DNA from: Camelus ferus | Taxonomy: Eukaryota | Assembly (NCBI RefSeq): GCF_009834535.1 | Contig: NC_045707.1 | Location: forward strand, 50,160,001 to 50,224,000 | DNA length: 64,000 nt | Direction: 5' to 3' | In this document: one piece after another, positions 61,590 through 64,000 of the stretch | Layout: each line of letters opens with the position of its first letter | Numbering within the stretch: position 1 is the first letter of the stretch | Notes under the pieces: generated by a model | Told to the model about the DNA's origin: nothing | What the model saw: only the letters and a program-made list of their open reading frames with translations | Databases searched by the model: none | Program-made: the position numbers and the translations under genes

Positions 61590-62615
61590 TATATAATTAA
61601 CATATAACATTGTATTCATTTTAGGTGTACAATATAATGATTTGATATATGTAGATAGTATGAAATGATTGCCAGAATACATTTAGTTAACATTTATCAC
61701 CATACTTAGTCACTTTTTTTTTCTTATGATGAGAACTACTTAGATTGGCTCTCTTAGAAAGTTTCAAATATATTCTACAGTATTGTTAACTATAGTTACC
61801 ATGCTGTACCTTTTATGCCAGGACTTACTGAATTTATAATTAGAAGTTTGTGCTTTTTTAAAATTGAAGTATAGTTGATTTATAATGTTGTGTTAGTTTC
61901 TCGTGTACAGCATAGTGACTCAGTTATACATATATATATTCTTCTTCATCACAGGTTATACGAGCTATTGAATATAGTTCCCTGTGCCACACAGTAGGTC
62001 CTTGTTCATTTTATATATGGTAGTGTGCATCTGTTAATTCCATACTCCTAGTTTATTCCTCCCCCTGCCCTTTCCCCTTTGGTAGCCATAAATTTGTTTT
62101 CTATGTTTGTGAGTCTGTTTCTGTTTTGTAAATAAGTTCATTTGTGTCATTTTTTTAGATTTCACATATAAATGACATGATATTTGTCTTTCTCTGTCTG
62201 ACCTACTTCACTTAGTATGATAATCTCTAGGTCCACCCATGTTGTTGCAAATGACATTATTTTTTCTTTTTTTATGGCTGAGTAGTATTTCATTCCATTG
62301 TGGTATTTAAATACCACATCTTCTTTACCCATTCATCCCTCAATGGACATTGAGGTTGTTTCCATGTCTTTGCTATTGTAACTAGTGCTGCTATGAACGT
62401 TGGGGTGCATGTATCTTTCCAAATTAGAGTTTTTTCTGGATACATGCCCAGGAGTGGGATTCCTGGATCATATGGTTACTCTATTTTTAGTTTTTTCAAG
62501 GAATTTACATAATTTACATAATGACTGCAGCAAACTACATTCCCATCTAGAAGTCTGTGCTTTCTGACCACCTTCATCCATTTCACCCATCCCCCAACAC
62601 CTGGTAACCCCCAGA
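61590..62615 (-). mobile_element. Older LINE-1 (L1MA-like) 3' UTR split by the nested L1
   Basis: cattgtattcattttaggtgtacaatataatgatt...aactatagttaccatgctgtac...tagaagtt resumes after 62548 as ...gaccaccttcatccatttcacccatccccc...ggtaacc. Confidence 0.75.
61857..62547 (-). mobile_element. LINE-1 3' fragment nested inside an older L1
   Basis: L1 3' UTR/ORF2-end motifs; TSD TAGAAGT(T/C)TGTGCTTT at 61841-61856 and 62548-62563. Confidence 0.88.
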
Positions 62616-62894
62616 GGTTATTAAAAACTACTGTTATTAAAACTAACAAGGGTGTTAATGAGCCTGACAACCAAAATATCCTGTATTTCCTATACAAAAA
62701 GTCCTTGTTGGCAAAGGTCAAAGGATTTTCATAGAATGACCTCATTTAAATGTGTACACTCTGTCAAAAAATGTTTGCCCTACACTTCCATTTGTAATTG
62801 CTGACATGTATTCTATGTTACTTAGAGATATTTCTGAGGGGATAGTGTTAATAGAAATATAATCAAGTACAGTATCTGTAGGAATTAGAGATAC

Positions 62895-62948
62895 GAAGGA
62901 TTGGCTAACTTTTCACATAGAAGGTGAAGGATTGGCTGGCTTTTCACA
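62895..62948. repeat. Tandem duplication of a 23-bp unit (period 31)
   Basis: GAAGGATTGGCTAACTTTTCACA / GAAGGATTGGCTGGCTTTTCACA, 21/23 identical. Confidence 0.85.
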
Positions 62949-64000
62949 ATTTAGTCAGATTGCTTCCCTCTGGACATCTCAACTATTTGAAGGGAGAAAG
63001 GATTTTTACTGTAGGGAGAGACAAAGGAAGGGAGCACTTTGGAAGGCTGGGATGTAGTGGTTGCAACTAAGGGGTGTGGATCAGTACAAATGTGATGAGT
63101 TCCTGGAGAAGACGTACAGGAGCTGTGTAAACAGTGTATGGAGTGGGTGATGGTGCTGAAGACAAGGTCTTGGGCTGGTCTTGACTTCAGGAATTGAGGA
63201 GAAAATTTCCTATTCCTCTTGCTTCCGTATTCCTCAAAGCCCATCACGTTGGAGTTCTTAGCATAGGTTAGATACATTATGACATACAATAGTATTTTCC
63301 CAAATATGTTCTTTGTTTCATTAATGTCTCAAAATGTTCAGATGTTAGAGATAAGGAGTAAAATAAATCTGACAAATATAATATATTAAATTCTACTTTT
63401 TATTGATGCATATTAGTAACAATGTGTTGAAGACTTTAAGAAATACTATAGTAAAGACATTATTCCCTCTTTTTAAAATCCAATGCTTGTCAATTCTGTT
63501 TAAAGATAGAATTATTTCCCTCTATAAAGTGTTTTAACATGCTCATAAAACTGGCTTTCACTTGAGAAAAGCTGAGTTAGTTGGCTCAATTCAACCTGTA
63601 GTTATGTGTATGTGTGTATATATATATGTATGCATGCATATGCTAAGTATCTTGGACAGATACAAAGATATGTTAGATATGGTATTGGTTTCAGAAAATT
63701 AATAGGCACAATGGGGAATATAAAAATGGTACACAAAAATATTATATGAAGTAGAAAGAGATAAGGGCTGTATCAGTATTTCCACTGGAAATAACAAAGC
63801 CCAGCTCAAAGTGGCTTGAATGGTAAGAGGGAATGATTGACTTAAGTAACTGGCAAGTTCAGAGGGAGAGCAGGCTTAAGGAGCTTGTTCTATCAGGATC
63901 CTGGCTCTATTTCTCCTGCCCTCCTCTGGGTGTCAATTTCATGCTGGCTTTCTTGATGGGAACAACATGTCTTTCCACCAACATGAGTCATATTATCCTT

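Noticed and set aside
1..64000. CRISPR arrays, operons, prokaryotic or viral systems
   Set aside because: The sequence is mammalian; no repeat-spacer arrays, no dense ORF clusters, no intact gag/pol/env or transposase frames

Overview
Mammalian genomic DNA, very probably a camelid (camel/alpaca/llama): it carries three copies of a short tRNA-derived SINE resembling the camelid Vic-1 family. The only supportable protein-coding gene is DUSP6 (MKP-3, the cytoplasmic ERK1/2-specific dual-specificity phosphatase) on the + strand. It has three coding exons (32472-32871, 33471-33908, 34939-35246; 400+438+308 = 1146 nt = 381 aa + stop) with GT-AG introns and a ~1.15-kb 3' UTR. The promoter is a CpG island with an ETS cluster and dense Capicua-type octamers. 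A second CpG island with a TATA-like element lies ~1.5 kb further upstream. The remaining ~58 kb is non-coding flank filled with L1, L2, MIR, MaLR/ERV-LTR and hAT relics; several have readable target-site duplications, including nested insertions and a tail-less L1 fragment. I found no convincing previously undescribed biological system. The best leads are regulatory or isoform-level (uORF, Met14 start, intron-1 in-frame ATG, acceptor-like site in the 5' UTR, upstream TATA island) plus some unusual retro-insertion structures. Repeat family names are from memory of consensus sequences, not a database search, and repeat boundaries without TSDs are approximate.
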